Source: an uncultured bacterium
GTDB lineage: Bacteria; Schekmanbacteria; GWA2-38-11; J061
Direction: 5' to 3'
NCBI GenBank assembly: GCA_964549305.1
Contig: CAZJVM010000015.1
Location: 1-48,230 of the forward strand
DNA length: 48,230 nucleotides
Below, piece by piece: positions 20,414 to 32,143 of this stretch. Each line of letters begins with the position of its first letter. The first letter of the stretch is position 1. The translations under genes were made by a program, and so were the position numbers. The notes beneath the pieces were generated by a model. The model had not been told where the DNA came from. It did not search any database and was given only the letters and a program-made list of their open reading frames with translations.

Positions 20414-21232
20414 TTACTTTGCCATACTTTGAGCTCTGTCTATCAGAAGCTTGTATTGTTCCGTATATTCAGGTTTTTCGATATTAACGAAAACACCTAT
20501 GGGAAGCTTCCCTGCTTTTTCTTCATCGCTCATCTTATCAAACTTCTGTTTAGGTATGCAGTTATCTTTGAGCCAATTCATCATAACTAATGGCGTCGGT
20601 TGTTTATTTCTCCTCCCGAATGAAGTCGGGCAGGGATTCATAACTTCAACCAATGAAAAACCTTTTTTGTTTATTGCCTGCTCGATGAGTTTATCAAGAG
20701 GTACCGCATGATAGACCGTTCCTCTTGCCACAAAGCTTGCGCCTGCGGCAGTCGCGAGGTCGCATACATCGAAAGGCGGTTCTATGGTTCCGTAAGGCGC
20801 AGTTGTCGCAAATTTCCCCTGAGGTGTAGTTGGCGAATATTGTCCGCCCGTCATACCGTAGATATAGTTGTTATAAACAAGGACAGTGATATCTATATTT
20901 CTTCTTGCGGCGTGAATGAAGTGGTTGCCTCCGATTGCCGTTGCGTCTCCGTCTCCCGATACCACCATAACATTCATGTCGGGATTAACCATCTTTACTC
21001 CCGTGGCAAAAGGAAGAGCGCGCCCGTGTGTAGTGTGAAGAGTGTTAAAATCCAGATAACCGGGAGTTCTGCTCGAGCATCCTATGCCGGAAACCATTGT
21101 AATTTCATCTTTCTGAAGCCCTACTCTGTCTATGGCTCTCATAACAGATTTCATGGCTATGCCATATCCGCACCCCGGACACCATATATGCGGAAATTTA
21201 TCCTGCCGCATAAATTTTTCATAAATACTCAT
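20414..21232 (-). CDS. korB: 2-oxoglutarate:ferredoxin oxidoreductase beta subunit
   Basis: WCPGCG, SGIGCS, HTTHGRA, GDGD...NN TPP motif, YGMTGGQ.SPT. Confidence 0.93.
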   Translation of the reverse strand: MSIYEKFMRQDKFPHIWCPGCGYGIAMKSVMRAIDRVGLQKDEITMVSGIGCSSRTPGYLDFNTLHTTHGRALPFATGVKMVNPDMNVMVVSGDGDATAIGGNHFIHAARRNIDITVLVYNNYIYGMTGGQYSPTTPQGKFATTAPYGTIEPPFDVCDLATAAGASFVARGTVYHAVPLDKLIEQAINKKGFSLVEVMNPCPTSFGRRNKQPTPLVMMNWLKDNCIPKQKFDKMSDEEKAGKLPIGVFVNIEKPEYTEQYKLLIDRAQSMAK

Positions 21233-21234
21233 TG

Positions 21235-22368
21235 TTAAGCAAGCTCCTTTATTTTATCCAGTATCTGCTGAGGCACTATTGTTTCTCCGTCAGCTCTGTT
21301 TATACCGACTATATTTAAGTTATCTTTCGGCGCCACTCTCTGAACTTCACCGATAATCATTCCAAGATTCACTTCGGGAACAATTACATTCTTCACTTTA
21401 CCGCAAATCTCTCTTGTTTTCTCATCGGGAAAGGGCCAAAGCGTAATAGGCCTGAACATTCCGACTTTTATTCCTTCTTTTCTTGCCTGCTTTATGGCTG
21501 CCATCGCTGACCTTGCCGTCGATCCGTATGCAAAAATGAGTGTATCCATATCATCTGTCATATACTCTTCCCACGTGAGGATATCATCAAGATGATTTAG
21601 AAGCTTGTTCATCAATCTTTCTTCATCCTTCTGTACAAGTGCTGAATCACTTGTGGGAAATCCCGTAGCATCATGGTTCAGTCCCGTAACATGGAAACGA
21701 TATCCTTCTCCAAATGCGGGAAGCGGATTGACTTCCTTATCAAGGTCATAAGGAAGATATTCTTCCGGTTTGCAGTCCGGTTTCACCCTGTCTATGATTT
21801 CGAGTTCCGAAGAATCCGGAATCTCTATTGCTTCCCTCATATGCGCTACGACTTCATCAAGGAGAAGGATAACCGGAGTTCTGTACTTTTCAGAAAGGTT
21901 GAACGCCCTCACCGTAAGATGAAAGGACTCTTCAACTGATGACGGAAGAAGAGCGATAATCGGATGGTCTCCGTGAGTTCCCCATCTTGCCTGCATAACA
22001 TCAGACTGCGATGTGCAGGTTGGAAGACCCGTGCTGGGACCGCCCCTCATAACATTGACGATAACCACGGGAACTTCCGTGATACAGGCAAAACCGAGAT
22101 TTTCCTGTTTCAGGGAGAATCCCGGACCGCTTGTTGCGGTTATCGATTTTGATCCCGCAAGGGAACCGCCTATAACAGCACCCATTGAAGCTATTTCATC
22201 TTCCATCTGAATGAATTTTCCTCCAACCACAGGAAGCCTTCTTGACAATATCTCAGCAACTTCAGATGAAGGAGTGATAGGATATCCGGCAAAAAACCTT
22301 ACGCCGGCTGCAAGGGCACCTTCCGCGCATGCTTCATTTCCCTGTAAAAAAACTTTCTTTTTTGCCAC
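21235..22368 (-). CDS. korA: 2-oxoglutarate:ferredoxin oxidoreductase alpha subunit
   Basis: GYPITPSSE, QMEDEI, TATSGPG, RGGPSTG; GTG start. Confidence 0.93.
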   Translation of the reverse strand: MAKKKVFLQGNEACAEGALAAGVRFFAGYPITPSSEVAEILSRRLPVVGGKFIQMEDEIASMGAVIGGSLAGSKSITATSGPGFSLKQENLGFACITEVPVVIVNVMRGGPSTGLPTCTSQSDVMQARWGTHGDHPIIALLPSSVEESFHLTVRAFNLSEKYRTPVILLLDEVVAHMREAIEIPDSSELEIIDRVKPDCKPEEYLPYDLDKEVNPLPAFGEGYRFHVTGLNHDATGFPTSDSALVQKDEERLMNKLLNHLDDILTWEEYMTDDMDTLIFAYGSTARSAMAAIKQARKEGIKVGMFRPITLWPFPDEKTREICGKVKNVIVPEVNLGMIIGEVQRVAPKDNLNIVGINRADGETIVPQQILDKIKELA

Positions 22369-22450
22369 CGTATTTCGTGCCTCCAGAGTATTTGTAATAT
22401 CTAAATAAGGTATTTATCTCCTGAAGACAAACACCTTAACAAACTATTCT

Positions 22451-22654
22451 TTATTCTTCATTCTCAATGACTTCTATTGCAAAATCAGGACACCTTAACT
22501 CGCACTGCTTGCAGACAATACATTTATCAAGCTGTTTTACTGCCGCAACAGCGCCTTTCATCTCCAATACCTCAGTAGGACAGAAAGCAACACATATTTC
22601 GCATCCCTTGCACCACTTTTCATTGATCTTTATTTCTTTAGCCGTTCTTGCCAT
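22451..22654 (-). CDS. korD: 2x[4Fe-4S] ferredoxin, KOR delta subunit
   Basis: CKGCEICVAFCP and CIVCKQCELRCPDFAI, directly upstream of korA. Confidence 0.92.
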   Translation of the reverse strand: MARTAKEIKINEKWCKGCEICVAFCPTEVLEMKGAVAAVKQLDKCIVCKQCELRCPDFAIEVIENEE

Positions 22655-22681
22655 TTATCTAACCTTTAAGTTTGAATATTT

Positions 22682-23557
22682 TTACGATTGTTTTAAAGCT
22701 GCTGCCATTGTTTCTCCGATTGACGACGGGTCGGGAGAAACGGCTATACCTGCAGCTTTCAATGCCGCCATCTTCTCCTGCGCAGTTCCTTTACCGCCTG
22801 ATATTATGGCGCCCGCGTGTCCCATTCTTCTTCCCGGAGGAGCAGTCTGCCCCGCAATAAAAGCAACTACCGGTTTCTTCACATTTTCTTTTACAAAATC
22901 TGCCGCTTCTTCTTCGGCGGTACCGCCTATTTCCCCTATCATTACGATACCTTCCGTTTCAGGGTCGTCTGAGAAGAGTTTTAGCAAATCGATAAATTTA
23001 GAACCTATGATTGGATCCCCGCCTATTCCTATGCACGTCGACTGCCCAAGACCACGGCTTGTAAGCTGAGCAACAGCTTCATAGGTAAGAGTTCCTGATC
23101 TTGAAATAACGCCTATGCTTCCTTCCTTGTGAATGAAGCCCGGCATAATTCCTATCTTACATTTTCCCGGTGAAATTACTCCGGGGCAATTCGGCCCTAT
23201 GAGTCTTACTTCTTTATCCTGAATATATTCATAGGCCTTGACCATATCAAGTGTGGGAATTCCCTCGGTTATACACACTATGACCGAAACTCCCGCGTCT
23301 GCCGCTTCCATAATGGCATCTGCCGCAAATGGAGGCGGTACAAAAATCGCCGAAGCGTTTGCTCCCGTTTCGCCTACTGCCTGAGCGACGGTGTTAAAAA
23401 CAGGTACGTCATTGTGCGTGGTGCCTCCTTTTCCGGGAGTCACCCCCGCGACAACTTTAGTGCCGTATTCAATCATCTGCCCCGTATGGAAAGTTCCCTC
23501 TCCGCCGGTTATTCCCTGCACTACAACCTTTGTATTATTATCAACAAGTATGCTCAT
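22682..23557 (-). CDS. sucD: Succinyl-CoA synthetase alpha subunit
   Basis: MSILV start (ATG 23557, GGAG RBS), [27 protein letters not shown] (phospho-His). Confidence 0.97.
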   Translation of the reverse strand: MSILVDNNTKVVVQGITGGEGTFHTGQMIEYGTKVVAGVTPGKGGTTHNDVPVFNTVAQAVGETGANASAIFVPPPFAADAIMEAADAGVSVIVCITEGIPTLDMVKAYEYIQDKEVRLIGPNCPGVISPGKCKIGIMPGFIHKEGSIGVISRSGTLTYEAVAQLTSRGLGQSTCIGIGGDPIIGSKFIDLLKLFSDDPETEGIVMIGEIGGTAEEEAADFVKENVKKPVVAFIAGQTAPPGRRMGHAGAIISGGKGTAQEKMAALKAAGIAVSPDPSSIGETMAAALKQS

Positions 23558-23591
23558 ATCAGTATCTCCGTTTCCCCTTTTTTTAAATACC

Positions 23592-24752
23592 TTACTTAAT
23601 GGCTGCAACAACCTTTTCGGCAGCGTCTTTGAGCCCATTGGCAACTGCAAAGTTCAAACCCGATTTCTCGAGTATTTCAGATGCTTCCTTTGCGTTGGTG
23701 CCTTCCAACCTTACGACTACCGGCAGATTAATCTTCACTTTTTCGCTTGCTTCAATAACTCCCTGCGCGACTCTGTCACAGCGAACGATTCCGCCGAAGA
23801 TATTGATAAGCACTGCTTTTACATTTTTGTCCGACATTAAAATTCTGAAGGCATTCGCGACTCTCTCTACATTTGCTCCGCCTCCCACATCAAGAAAGTT
23901 TGCAGGCTCCCCGCCGGCAAGTTTTATGATATCCATCGTCGCCATTGCAAGACCCGCACCATTAACCATACAACCAACGTTGCCGTCAAGTTTTATGTAA
24001 TTCAGGTCATACTTTGACGCTTCTATTTCAAGAGGTTCTTCCTCGTCAAAGTCTCTCAACTCTTCTATGTCTTTATGCCTGTAAAGGGCATTGTCATCAA
24101 AATTCATTTTTGCATCAAGGGCGATAACATCGTTCTGCTTTGTAACCACAAGGGGGTTAATTTCGGCAAGCGATGAGTCCGTTGCCTCAAATGCCTTATA
24201 AAGGGCCATTATGAACTTAGAAGCTTTTCCTACCTGTTCCTTTGTAAGGTTAAGTCCGAATGCCAGCTTTCTTGCCTGAAAGGGCTGAAGACCTACTCTC
24301 GGGTCAATATGTTCCTTCAAAAGCTTTTCAGGCGTCTCCGCGGCAACCTTTTCAATCTCCATTCCGCCTGCCTCGCTTGCCATTATTACGGGCCTCGACG
24401 TTGCACGGTCAATTACGATTCCTAGATAAAGCTCTCTGTCTATGTCGGCTCCGCCTTCAATCAGAACTCTTTTTACTTTTTTTCCTTCAGGTCCGGTCTG
24501 GTGCGTAACAAGATTCATACCGAGTATTTCTTTTGCATTTTCAAAGGCTTCGTCAGGTGATTTCGCAAGCTTTACACCTCCGCCTTTGCCTCTGCCACCG
24601 GCGTGAATCTGCGCCTTTACCACGCAAACTCCTCCGCCGAGTTCCTTTGCAATATCTTTTGCCTCTGCGGGTGTATATGCCACGGAACCCTGCGGAACGG
24701 GGACACCAAATTTTTTCAATATCTCTTTTCCCTGATACTCATGAATTTTCAT
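23592..24752 (-). CDS. sucC: Succinyl-CoA synthetase beta subunit
   Basis: [45 protein letters not shown]. Confidence 0.97.
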   Translation of the reverse strand: MKIHEYQGKEILKKFGVPVPQGSVAYTPAEAKDIAKELGGGVCVVKAQIHAGGRGKGGGVKLAKSPDEAFENAKEILGMNLVTHQTGPEGKKVKRVLIEGGADIDRELYLGIVIDRATSRPVIMASEAGGMEIEKVAAETPEKLLKEHIDPRVGLQPFQARKLAFGLNLTKEQVGKASKFIMALYKAFEATDSSLAEINPLVVTKQNDVIALDAKMNFDDNALYRHKDIEELRDFDEEEPLEIEASKYDLNYIKLDGNVGCMVNGAGLAMATMDIIKLAGGEPANFLDVGGGANVERVANAFRILMSDKNVKAVLINIFGGIVRCDRVAQGVIEASEKVKINLPVVVRLEGTNAKEASEILEKSGLNFAVANGLKDAAEKVVAAIK

Positions 24753-24770
24753 TCTCTTACCTCATCTCCC

Positions 24771-25472
24771 TTACAATTTTGAAGCAAGCACAAATCTTTT
24801 CAATTCCGAAATTGCCTGCGTAATATTTATTTCCTTTGGACAAACTTCATTGCAGTTAAGTATTGTATGACATCTCCAAAGTCCGTTTCTGTTATTAACC
24901 ATCTGAATTCGCTCTTCCTTGCCTTCATCCCTGCTGTCAAGAATGAACCTGTGCGCTTTGATTAATGCCGCAGGACCGAGATAATCCTTGTTATACCAGT
25001 ATGAAGGGCAGGAAGAAGTACAGGAACCGCAAAGTATGCATTTAACGGGCTCATCAATCTTATCCCTGTCTTCGTTGCTCTGATAACGCTCCTTATCGGG
25101 CGGTGGAGTGTTATTGATAAAGTAGGGTTTAACCTTTTCAAGGTTTCTGAAAAAGGGATCAAGGTCAACAACGAGATCCTTTATTACAGGATACTCAAGA
25201 AGCGGTTCTATTGTCGCTTTTGCGCCTTTAAGGTCTTTTACAAGTTTCTGGCAGGCAAGAGCATTCTCACCGTTTATCCTGATTGCGTCAGAACCGCAAA
25301 CACCATGAGCGCAGGATTTTCTAAACGTAAGCGTTCCGTCCTGTTCCCACTTGACCTTGTTGAGACAGTCAACAATCCTGTCCATTTCATCCATATCAAT
25401 TTTGTAAGTCTTGTAATAAGCTTTACTGTCCTTTTCAGGGTCGTATCTATATATTGTTAAGGTGATTTCCAT
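24771..25472 (-). CDS. sdhB: Succinate dehydrogenase/fumarate reductase iron-sulfur subunit
   Basis: SCAHGVCGSD, CILCGSCTSSCP, CHTILNCNEVCP. Confidence 0.95.
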   Translation of the reverse strand: MEITLTIYRYDPEKDSKAYYKTYKIDMDEMDRIVDCLNKVKWEQDGTLTFRKSCAHGVCGSDAIRINGENALACQKLVKDLKGAKATIEPLLEYPVIKDLVVDLDPFFRNLEKVKPYFINNTPPPDKERYQSNEDRDKIDEPVKCILCGSCTSSCPSYWYNKDYLGPAALIKAHRFILDSRDEGKEERIQMVNNRNGLWRCHTILNCNEVCPKEINITQAISELKRFVLASKL

Positions 25473-25474
25473 CT

Positions 25475-27202
25475 TTAATATCTCCTCTCCTTAGGTTCAA
25501 ACTGGGTAATGGATACCTTTTTATAATCAATCCTTATACCTCCATCTTCCTTATAGGCAAGTATATGTTTAAGCCAGTTTGCGTCATCTCTTTTCGGATA
25601 ATCCTCTCTGTAGTGTGCTCCCCTGCTTTCTTTTCGGTTAAGAGCGGACTCAACAATTACCTCTGCCACGTCCAGCATAAAACCGAATTCAATGGCTTCA
25701 AAAAGGTCGGTGTTATAAGCGGTGCCTTTGTCGGTAATAGAAATATTCTGATATTTTGAGCGTAATTCCTTCAAATGCTCTCCTACTTCTTTCAGTCCCT
25801 TTTCATCTCTGAAAACAGAACATTTATCCATCATTTCTTTCTGCATTGATTTGCGAATTGCATCGAGGCTTTCGGTCCCTTTGCTGTTTCGAATTTTATC
25901 AATCTTCTCTTTCGTCCTGTCAAGAACATCTCCGGGTAGCGGTTCACGTACTGCCGAACGCAGATACTCGTTTATCGCTTTGCCTGCTCTTCTTCCGAAT
26001 ACAACTGTATCGAGAAGAGAGTTCGTTCCCAGTCGGTTCCCGCCGTGAACTGAAACACAGGCACATTCACCGGCAGCGTAGAAACCCTGAACAGCTGTTT
26101 TCTCTGCATCAATTATTACCCTGCCGTCATTATCTGTGGGAATTCCTCCCATTGCATAGTGTGCGGTGGGTTGCACGGGAATAGGTTTGTCCGCAGGTTC
26201 GACGCCGAGATAAATTCTGCAGAAATCCGCAATATCCGGAAGTTTATTCTGTATCTCCTCCATACCGAGATGCGTTATATCAAGGTTTACATAATCCTTG
26301 CCGTCGATACCCCTTCCTTCTCTCACTTCCGTATAAATTGAACGGGATACCATATCACGGGGGGCAAGGTCCTTAACCGTGGGCGCATATTTCTCCATAA
26401 ATCTTTCGCCCTTGCTGTTATAAAGAATTCCCCCTTCACCTCTTGCAGCTTCAGTTATCAATATCCCCAGCTTATAAAGCCCGGTGGGGTGGAATTGAAC
26501 ACATTCCATATCCTCAAGAGGAATGCCGGCATTATAGGAAATAGCCATACCATCCGCCGTGGAAGCATATGCATTTGATGTGGTTTTAAATATCTTTCCG
26601 TAACCGCCTGTTGCAAAAATCACTGCCTTGGCGTGAAGAGTAATAATTTCTCCCGTTGTCATATTCATCCCTATTATACCGCGGCAGATATTGTCTTTTA
26701 TAATAACATCAAGCATAAAAAACTCGCTATAGAACTTCACATTGCTTTTAATACACTGCTCATAAAGCGTATGAAGCATAACGTGTCCTGTTCTGTCTGC
26801 GGCATAGCAGGCTCTCTTTACTGCTGCCTCTCCAAAATTCCTCGTATGACCTCCAAAAGGTCTCTGGGCTATTTTACCCTCAGCCGTCCTGCTGAATGGC
26901 ACACCCATATGCTCGAGCTCATAAACAGTGCGTGGAGCATCATTACACATTAATTCTATTGCATCCTGGTCGCCAAGATAATCGCTTCCCTTTGTCGTAT
27001 CGAAAGCGTGCCATAATGGATAATCTTCTTCTTCATTGGCAAGCGCCGCACCTACACCGCCCTGAGCAGCCGAAGAATGAGACCTTGTAGGAAATACTTT
27101 TGTTACAATTGCAACATCGGTATTTTCTGCAAGTTCTACTGCGGCTCTTGAACCGGCCAGCCCGGCACCAACTATTATTACATCATGTTGAAATATCATC
27201 AT
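25475..27202 (-). CDS. sdhA: Succinate dehydrogenase/fumarate reductase flavoprotein
   Basis: GAGLAG, RSHSSAAQGG (FAD-His), QFHPTG, HYAMGG, HGGNRLG, ESRGAH. Confidence 0.96.
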   Translation of the reverse strand: MMIFQHDVIIVGAGLAGSRAAVELAENTDVAIVTKVFPTRSHSSAAQGGVGAALANEEEDYPLWHAFDTTKGSDYLGDQDAIELMCNDAPRTVYELEHMGVPFSRTAEGKIAQRPFGGHTRNFGEAAVKRACYAADRTGHVMLHTLYEQCIKSNVKFYSEFFMLDVIIKDNICRGIIGMNMTTGEIITLHAKAVIFATGGYGKIFKTTSNAYASTADGMAISYNAGIPLEDMECVQFHPTGLYKLGILITEAARGEGGILYNSKGERFMEKYAPTVKDLAPRDMVSRSIYTEVREGRGIDGKDYVNLDITHLGMEEIQNKLPDIADFCRIYLGVEPADKPIPVQPTAHYAMGGIPTDNDGRVIIDAEKTAVQGFYAAGECACVSVHGGNRLGTNSLLDTVVFGRRAGKAINEYLRSAVREPLPGDVLDRTKEKIDKIRNSKGTESLDAIRKSMQKEMMDKCSVFRDEKGLKEVGEHLKELRSKYQNISITDKGTAYNTDLFEAIEFGFMLDVAEVIVESALNRKESRGAHYREDYPKRDDANWLKHILAYKEDGGIRIDYKKVSITQFEPKERRY

Positions 27203-27231
27203 TTTCCTCCACTATTAAATGCTGAACCGGT

Positions 27232-27612
27232 TTATGGGATATTTACCCAGTCAGGCGAAATTGGTAATACGGCTACAAATCCAAGAACGACAAGGATCAA
27301 ACCGATAAATGATAATGCGCTGAATATGGTAATCTTCCAAGCCGATGATTTAATGTAATCCTGAACAACCATCCATATACCGTTAAGCCCGTGGTAGAGG
27401 CCCAATGTAAGAAATGATAAATCCACTACTTTATATTTGGGGTCTGCCAATCTTTTTACTACCGCATCAAAAAGAATTTTCTCCTCTCCGCCGCTGTAAT
27501 GCATAATCCAGAAATGCGCCAAAAGTAAGAAGAGAAGAATAAGTCCGGTAAGTCTTTGAAAAAACCAGTTTACTGCTCCTGAATCACTTGAAACTCTGTT
27601 TTCTAATGACAT
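27232..27612 (-). CDS. sdhD: Succinate dehydrogenase membrane anchor
   Basis: WFFQRLTG, LAHFW, LYHGLNG..QDY; three TM segments. Confidence 0.88.
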   Translation of the reverse strand: MSLENRVSSDSGAVNWFFQRLTGLILLFLLLAHFWIMHYSGGEEKILFDAVVKRLADPKYKVVDLSFLTLGLYHGLNGIWMVVQDYIKSSAWKITIFSALSFIGLILVVLGFVAVLPISPDWVNIP

Positions 27613-27636
27613 TTTTTTATTCCTTTCTTATCAACA

Positions 27637-27990
27637 CTATCTTGCCATCAAAGGCGAAACAAATGGGTATGCACCTACGAGAAAAAGGATTAAACCGACT
27701 ACTACAAGCACCCAAAATACCGGTTTATGATAGTTTGCTCCACCGAAGAAATCGATAAGAAAAACTCTTATACCATTCAGGCAGTGATAAATGATAATTC
27801 CGAGCAAAGCCAATTCACCCAGTTTGAATATGGGAGCGCCAAAGAGTTTCATAAGATTATCAAAGCTCTCTCTTCCCTGCTGAAGATGACTCACCGTGTA
27901 GATGTGCTCAAGGATAAAAAGCGTAATGCCCAATCCCGTTACCCTATGCAGGACCCACGCCCACATTCCGGTTCTCCATTTATATCTCAT
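27637..27990 (-). CDS. sdhC: Succinate dehydrogenase cytochrome b subunit
   Basis: ATG at 27990 with GGAGG RBS; WVLHRVTG, LEHI, YHCLNGIR. Confidence 0.9.
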   Translation of the reverse strand: MRYKWRTGMWAWVLHRVTGLGITLFILEHIYTVSHLQQGRESFDNLMKLFGAPIFKLGELALLGIIIYHCLNGIRVFLIDFFGGANYHKPVFWVLVVVGLILFLVGAYPFVSPLMAR

Positions 27991-28015
27991 AACAACCCTC
28001 CAAATAGTTAAAAAC

Positions 28016-28576
28016 TCAGTCAACAACCTGATATTGCTTCCTGCCTTCCTTGTACAGGTCGTTTCCGTGTACATCATTGATAACGACGGCAGGAAAATTT
28101 TCAACTTCTATTCTTCTTATGGCTTCAGGCCCGAGGTCTTCATAAGCAATAACCTCGGCTTTTTTGATCTGGCTTGCAATAAGCGCCGCGGCGCCTCCGA
28201 TTGCGGCAAAATAAACCGATTTATGTTTTTTCATTGCATCGACAACAGAATCAATCCTGGAACCTTTTCCAATCATTCCCTTAAGACCGAGCTCAATGAG
28301 GCGCGGCGCATAGGCGTCCATTCTTCCACTCGTGGTTGGTCCCGCGGAACCTATAACTTTCCCCGGTTTTGCAGGTGTTGGGCCAACATAATAGATAACC
28401 TGTCCCCTGACATCTATTGGAAGTTCCTCTCCTTTGTCAAGAAGGTCCACCAATCTTTTATGTGCGGCATCTCTTCCCGTATAAAGTACTCCGCTAATTA
28501 AAACCTGATCTCCTATTTTCAGTTTTTCAACATCCTCATCTTTCAACGGCGTCTGAAGCTTTATTGGTCCTTCCAT
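28016..28576 (-). CDS. Class I fumarate hydratase, beta (C-terminal) subunit
   Basis: GRDAAHKRL, GPTTSGRMD, IGKG, DLGPEA; TCA operon context. Confidence 0.92.
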   Translation of the reverse strand: MEGPIKLQTPLKDEDVEKLKIGDQVLISGVLYTGRDAAHKRLVDLLDKGEELPIDVRGQVIYYVGPTPAKPGKVIGSAGPTTSGRMDAYAPRLIELGLKGMIGKGSRIDSVVDAMKKHKSVYFAAIGGAAALIASQIKKAEVIAYEDLGPEAIRRIEVENFPAVVINDVHGNDLYKEGRKQYQVVD

Positions 28577-28600
28577 TTTATTACCCTCTTTAAAAATTGA

Positions 28601-29440
28601 TTAAAGAATGACTTCCTTATGCCTGTGAGCATGGCAATTAATATTTACGGCGACGGGAAGACTGGCAATGTGGCAGGGATGTTTTTCAATATGAACTCCG
28701 AGCGCCGTTATTCTTCCGCCATATCCCTGAGGCCCGATTCCTATTTTATTGACCTTCTCGAGCATTTCCTCTTCAAGTTTCGCAACATCGGAGTCGGAAT
28801 TGTGTTTGCCGAGTTCTCGCGCAAGCGACTTTTTTGCAAGGATTGCCGCCATTTCAAAGGTGCCGCCTATTCCAACTCCAACGACTATGGGAGGACAGGG
28901 ATTAGATCCTGCTTCGCTTACTCTTTCAAGAATAAAAGCTTTGACACCTTCTATGCCGTCCGAAGGTTTGAGCATCTTTAGACCGCTCATATTCTCGCTT
29001 CCTCCGCCTTTGGGAGCGATAAGAATTTTAAGGGAATCGCCGGGAACTATTTTAGTATGAATTACCGCCGGTGTGTTGTCTCCGGTATTTACACGGTTTA
29101 AGGGATCGCCTACAATAGATTTCCTGAGATATCCTTCCTTGTAACCTTGTCTTACGCCTTCGTTTATCGCATCGGTGAAGTCGCCCTCTATGTGCACATC
29201 CTGCCCTATCTCGGCAAATATGACTGCAAATCCCGTATCCTGACACATTGGCACAGAATCCCTGCGGGCTATCTCGGAGTTTTCCTTGATGTGTTCAAGC
29301 ACAACCTTGCACACAGGAGACTCTTCCTTCTCAATCGCCCTGTCAAGAGCACTTACCACATCCTCTCCAAGATCGAAATTTGCATCCATACACATCTTTT
29401 TAACTGCATCAGTTATCTGAGAAGATTTAATAGTTTTCAT
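28601..29440 (-). CDS. Class I fumarate hydratase, alpha (N-terminal Fe-S) subunit
   Basis: CQDTG, PKGGGSEN, NPCPP, HIASLPV.VNINCHA.RH. Confidence 0.93.
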   Translation of the reverse strand: MKTIKSSQITDAVKKMCMDANFDLGEDVVSALDRAIEKEESPVCKVVLEHIKENSEIARRDSVPMCQDTGFAVIFAEIGQDVHIEGDFTDAINEGVRQGYKEGYLRKSIVGDPLNRVNTGDNTPAVIHTKIVPGDSLKILIAPKGGGSENMSGLKMLKPSDGIEGVKAFILERVSEAGSNPCPPIVVGVGIGGTFEMAAILAKKSLARELGKHNSDSDVAKLEEEMLEKVNKIGIGPQGYGGRITALGVHIEKHPCHIASLPVAVNINCHAHRHKEVIL

Positions 29441-29579
29441 TTTTCTAACCCTGTTTTTTGTGTTTAAAAAAACTGTTTAATACAAAATTTTTCAAAAAAA
29501 ACCCCTCTGTCTTATTAATCAAACCTTAAAATTGGTTCTCTTTAAATTTCTTATTTGCCTCGTGAAGGTAAAAGGAGTT

Positions 29580-30515
<936 letters not shown>

Positions 30516-30529
30516 TCAGGCTCCTTTAA

Positions 30530-31783
30530 CTAAACATTGTCCATATTTTTAATGATTTCCGTGCCGTACTCCGAACATTTAATCTTCGTTGCGCCTTCCA
30601 TCAATCTCTCAAGGTCATATGTTACCGTCTTATTCTGAATTGTTTTTGCAATTGCTTTTTCAATGAGGACACCCGCTTCATCCCAACCCATATGTTCGAA
30701 CATCATAACTCCGGAAAGAATAACCGAGCTCGGATTGATTACATCCTTTCCTGCATACTTTGGCGCTGTACCGTGTGTTGCCTCAAAAAGCGCTACGTCA
30801 TCGCCAATGTTTGCGCCCGGTGCAAGTCCCAATCCCCCAATCTGCGCCGCGCAGGCATCAGAGAGAAAGTCACCGTTAAGATTGGGGGTACAAAGCACAT
30901 CATATTCGTCGGGTCTTGTGAGAACCTGTTGAAAAATGGAATCTGCAATTCTGTCCTTTACAAGAATCTTTCCTTCCGGCAGTTTACCGTCGTGCTTTTC
31001 CCAAAGCTCATCTTCAGTTATTATCGCATCCGCGAATTCTTCCTTTGCAACCTCATAACCCCAATCTCTGAAGGAACCTTCGGTAAACTTCATAATGTTG
31101 CCTTTATGAACCAGCGTAACCGACTTCAGACCCTTCTTGATTGCGTGCTTGATGCCCATTTTTACAAGGCGCTTCGTTCCTGTAATGCTTATGGGTTTTA
31201 TACCAATTCCGGAATCAGGCCTGATTTTTGCGCCCATTTCATTTGTAAGAAAATCAATTACTTTTTTTACCTCGTCACTGCCCTGCTTCCATTCTATGCC
31301 CGCGTAAACATCCTCAGTGTTTTCACGAAAGATAATCACATCAAGCTTCTCAGGTGCTTTTACAGGGCTTGGAACGCCTTCAAAATATCTTACGGGCCTT
31401 ACGCAAGAATAGAGGTCAAGAAGTTTTCTCAAACTTACATTCAAGCTTCTGATTCCGCCTCCTATAGGGGTCGTTAAAGGGCCTTTTATTGCAACCTTAT
31501 ACTCCTTCATCGCTTCTAACGTATCTTCGGGAAGCCATTCGCCTACTGCGTCGTGCGCTTTTTCACCGGCAAGAACTTCAAACCAGTGGATTTTTCTTTT
31601 GCCGCCATAAGCTTTCTCAACTGCCGCATCAAAAACTCTCACTGATGCCGCCCATATGTCACCACCTATTCCGTCACCTTCGATAAATGGAATTATAGGG
31701 TCATCGGGGATTACAAGTTCGCCGTTTTTAACTTCGATTTTCGTTCCTGTTTCGGGTTTTTTAAGATGCTTGAATTCAACCAA
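30530..31783 (-). CDS. icd: Isocitrate dehydrogenase, dimeric type I, probably NADP-dependent
   Basis: [48 protein letters not shown] and TYDLER (NADP-type residues); TTG start with AAGGAGG. Confidence 0.96.
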   Translation of the reverse strand: MVEFKHLKKPETGTKIEVKNGELVIPDDPIIPFIEGDGIGGDIWAASVRVFDAAVEKAYGGKRKIHWFEVLAGEKAHDAVGEWLPEDTLEAMKEYKVAIKGPLTTPIGGGIRSLNVSLRKLLDLYSCVRPVRYFEGVPSPVKAPEKLDVIIFRENTEDVYAGIEWKQGSDEVKKVIDFLTNEMGAKIRPDSGIGIKPISITGTKRLVKMGIKHAIKKGLKSVTLVHKGNIMKFTEGSFRDWGYEVAKEEFADAIITEDELWEKHDGKLPEGKILVKDRIADSIFQQVLTRPDEYDVLCTPNLNGDFLSDACAAQIGGLGLAPGANIGDDVALFEATHGTAPKYAGKDVINPSSVILSGVMMFEHMGWDEAGVLIEKAIAKTIQNKTVTYDLERLMEGATKIKCSEYGTEIIKNMDNV

Positions 31784-31921
31784 GATTCGCCTCCTTACAT
31801 TTTCGATTTTATTGAGTTCTTCTGTCTGATTTTAATAAATCATCACTCAGGATTGTGTCTCTTTCCCCTAACATTTTTAATTTCAGGCAAAATAACGCAC
31901 TGTTAAAAAAAATTGTTGCGG

Positions 31922-31950
31922 AGTGTATTCAAAAAACTAAATCTTGTCAA
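31922..31950 (-). promoter_or_regulatory. Sigma70 promoter of the icd/TCA operon
   Basis: Minus strand TTGACA, 17 bp spacer, TACACT. Confidence 0.7.
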
Positions 31951-32004
31951 TATCTTTAACTTGTTAAGGGAAAAGGATAAAACATAAACATCTTATAGTG
32001 GGAA

Positions 32005-32020
32005 TGCATAATCCGTGCCA
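32005..32020 (-). promoter_or_regulatory. Sigma54 (-24/-12) promoter upstream of the icd/TCA operon
   Basis: Minus strand TGGCACGGATTATGCA, exact GG-N10-GC spacing, one mismatch to the consensus. Confidence 0.75.
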
Positions 32021-32143
32021 TATTCTTTGGGGAAGCTAAAATCGGCTAATTAATTGAAAATAAAGGGAAGAATAAAATTGCTTTTTGATGAAACATTTTC
32101 TCTTTTGACAATAATCTTTCTTATTATTGACATTTTGTCCTGA

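Noticed and set aside
23558-23650. ORF-track N-terminal extensions of sucD (also sdhC 27991-28104, phosphorylase 33032-33097, second TIGR04076-like 40167-40259)
   Set aside because: They overlap upstream genes; downstream starts have RBSs and match the family N-termini
22682-24752. ATP-citrate lyase or citryl-CoA synthetase
   Set aside because: Lengths and motifs match ordinary SucC/SucD, there is no citrate-synthase-like domain, and the genes lie between sdh and kor
30692-31477. 261-aa plus-strand ORF and similar long antisense ORFs (e.g. 1012-1596, 22467-23069, 27902-28501, 42679-43197)
   Set aside because: They lie antisense to well-conserved genes and show no recognisable motifs; shadow ORFs
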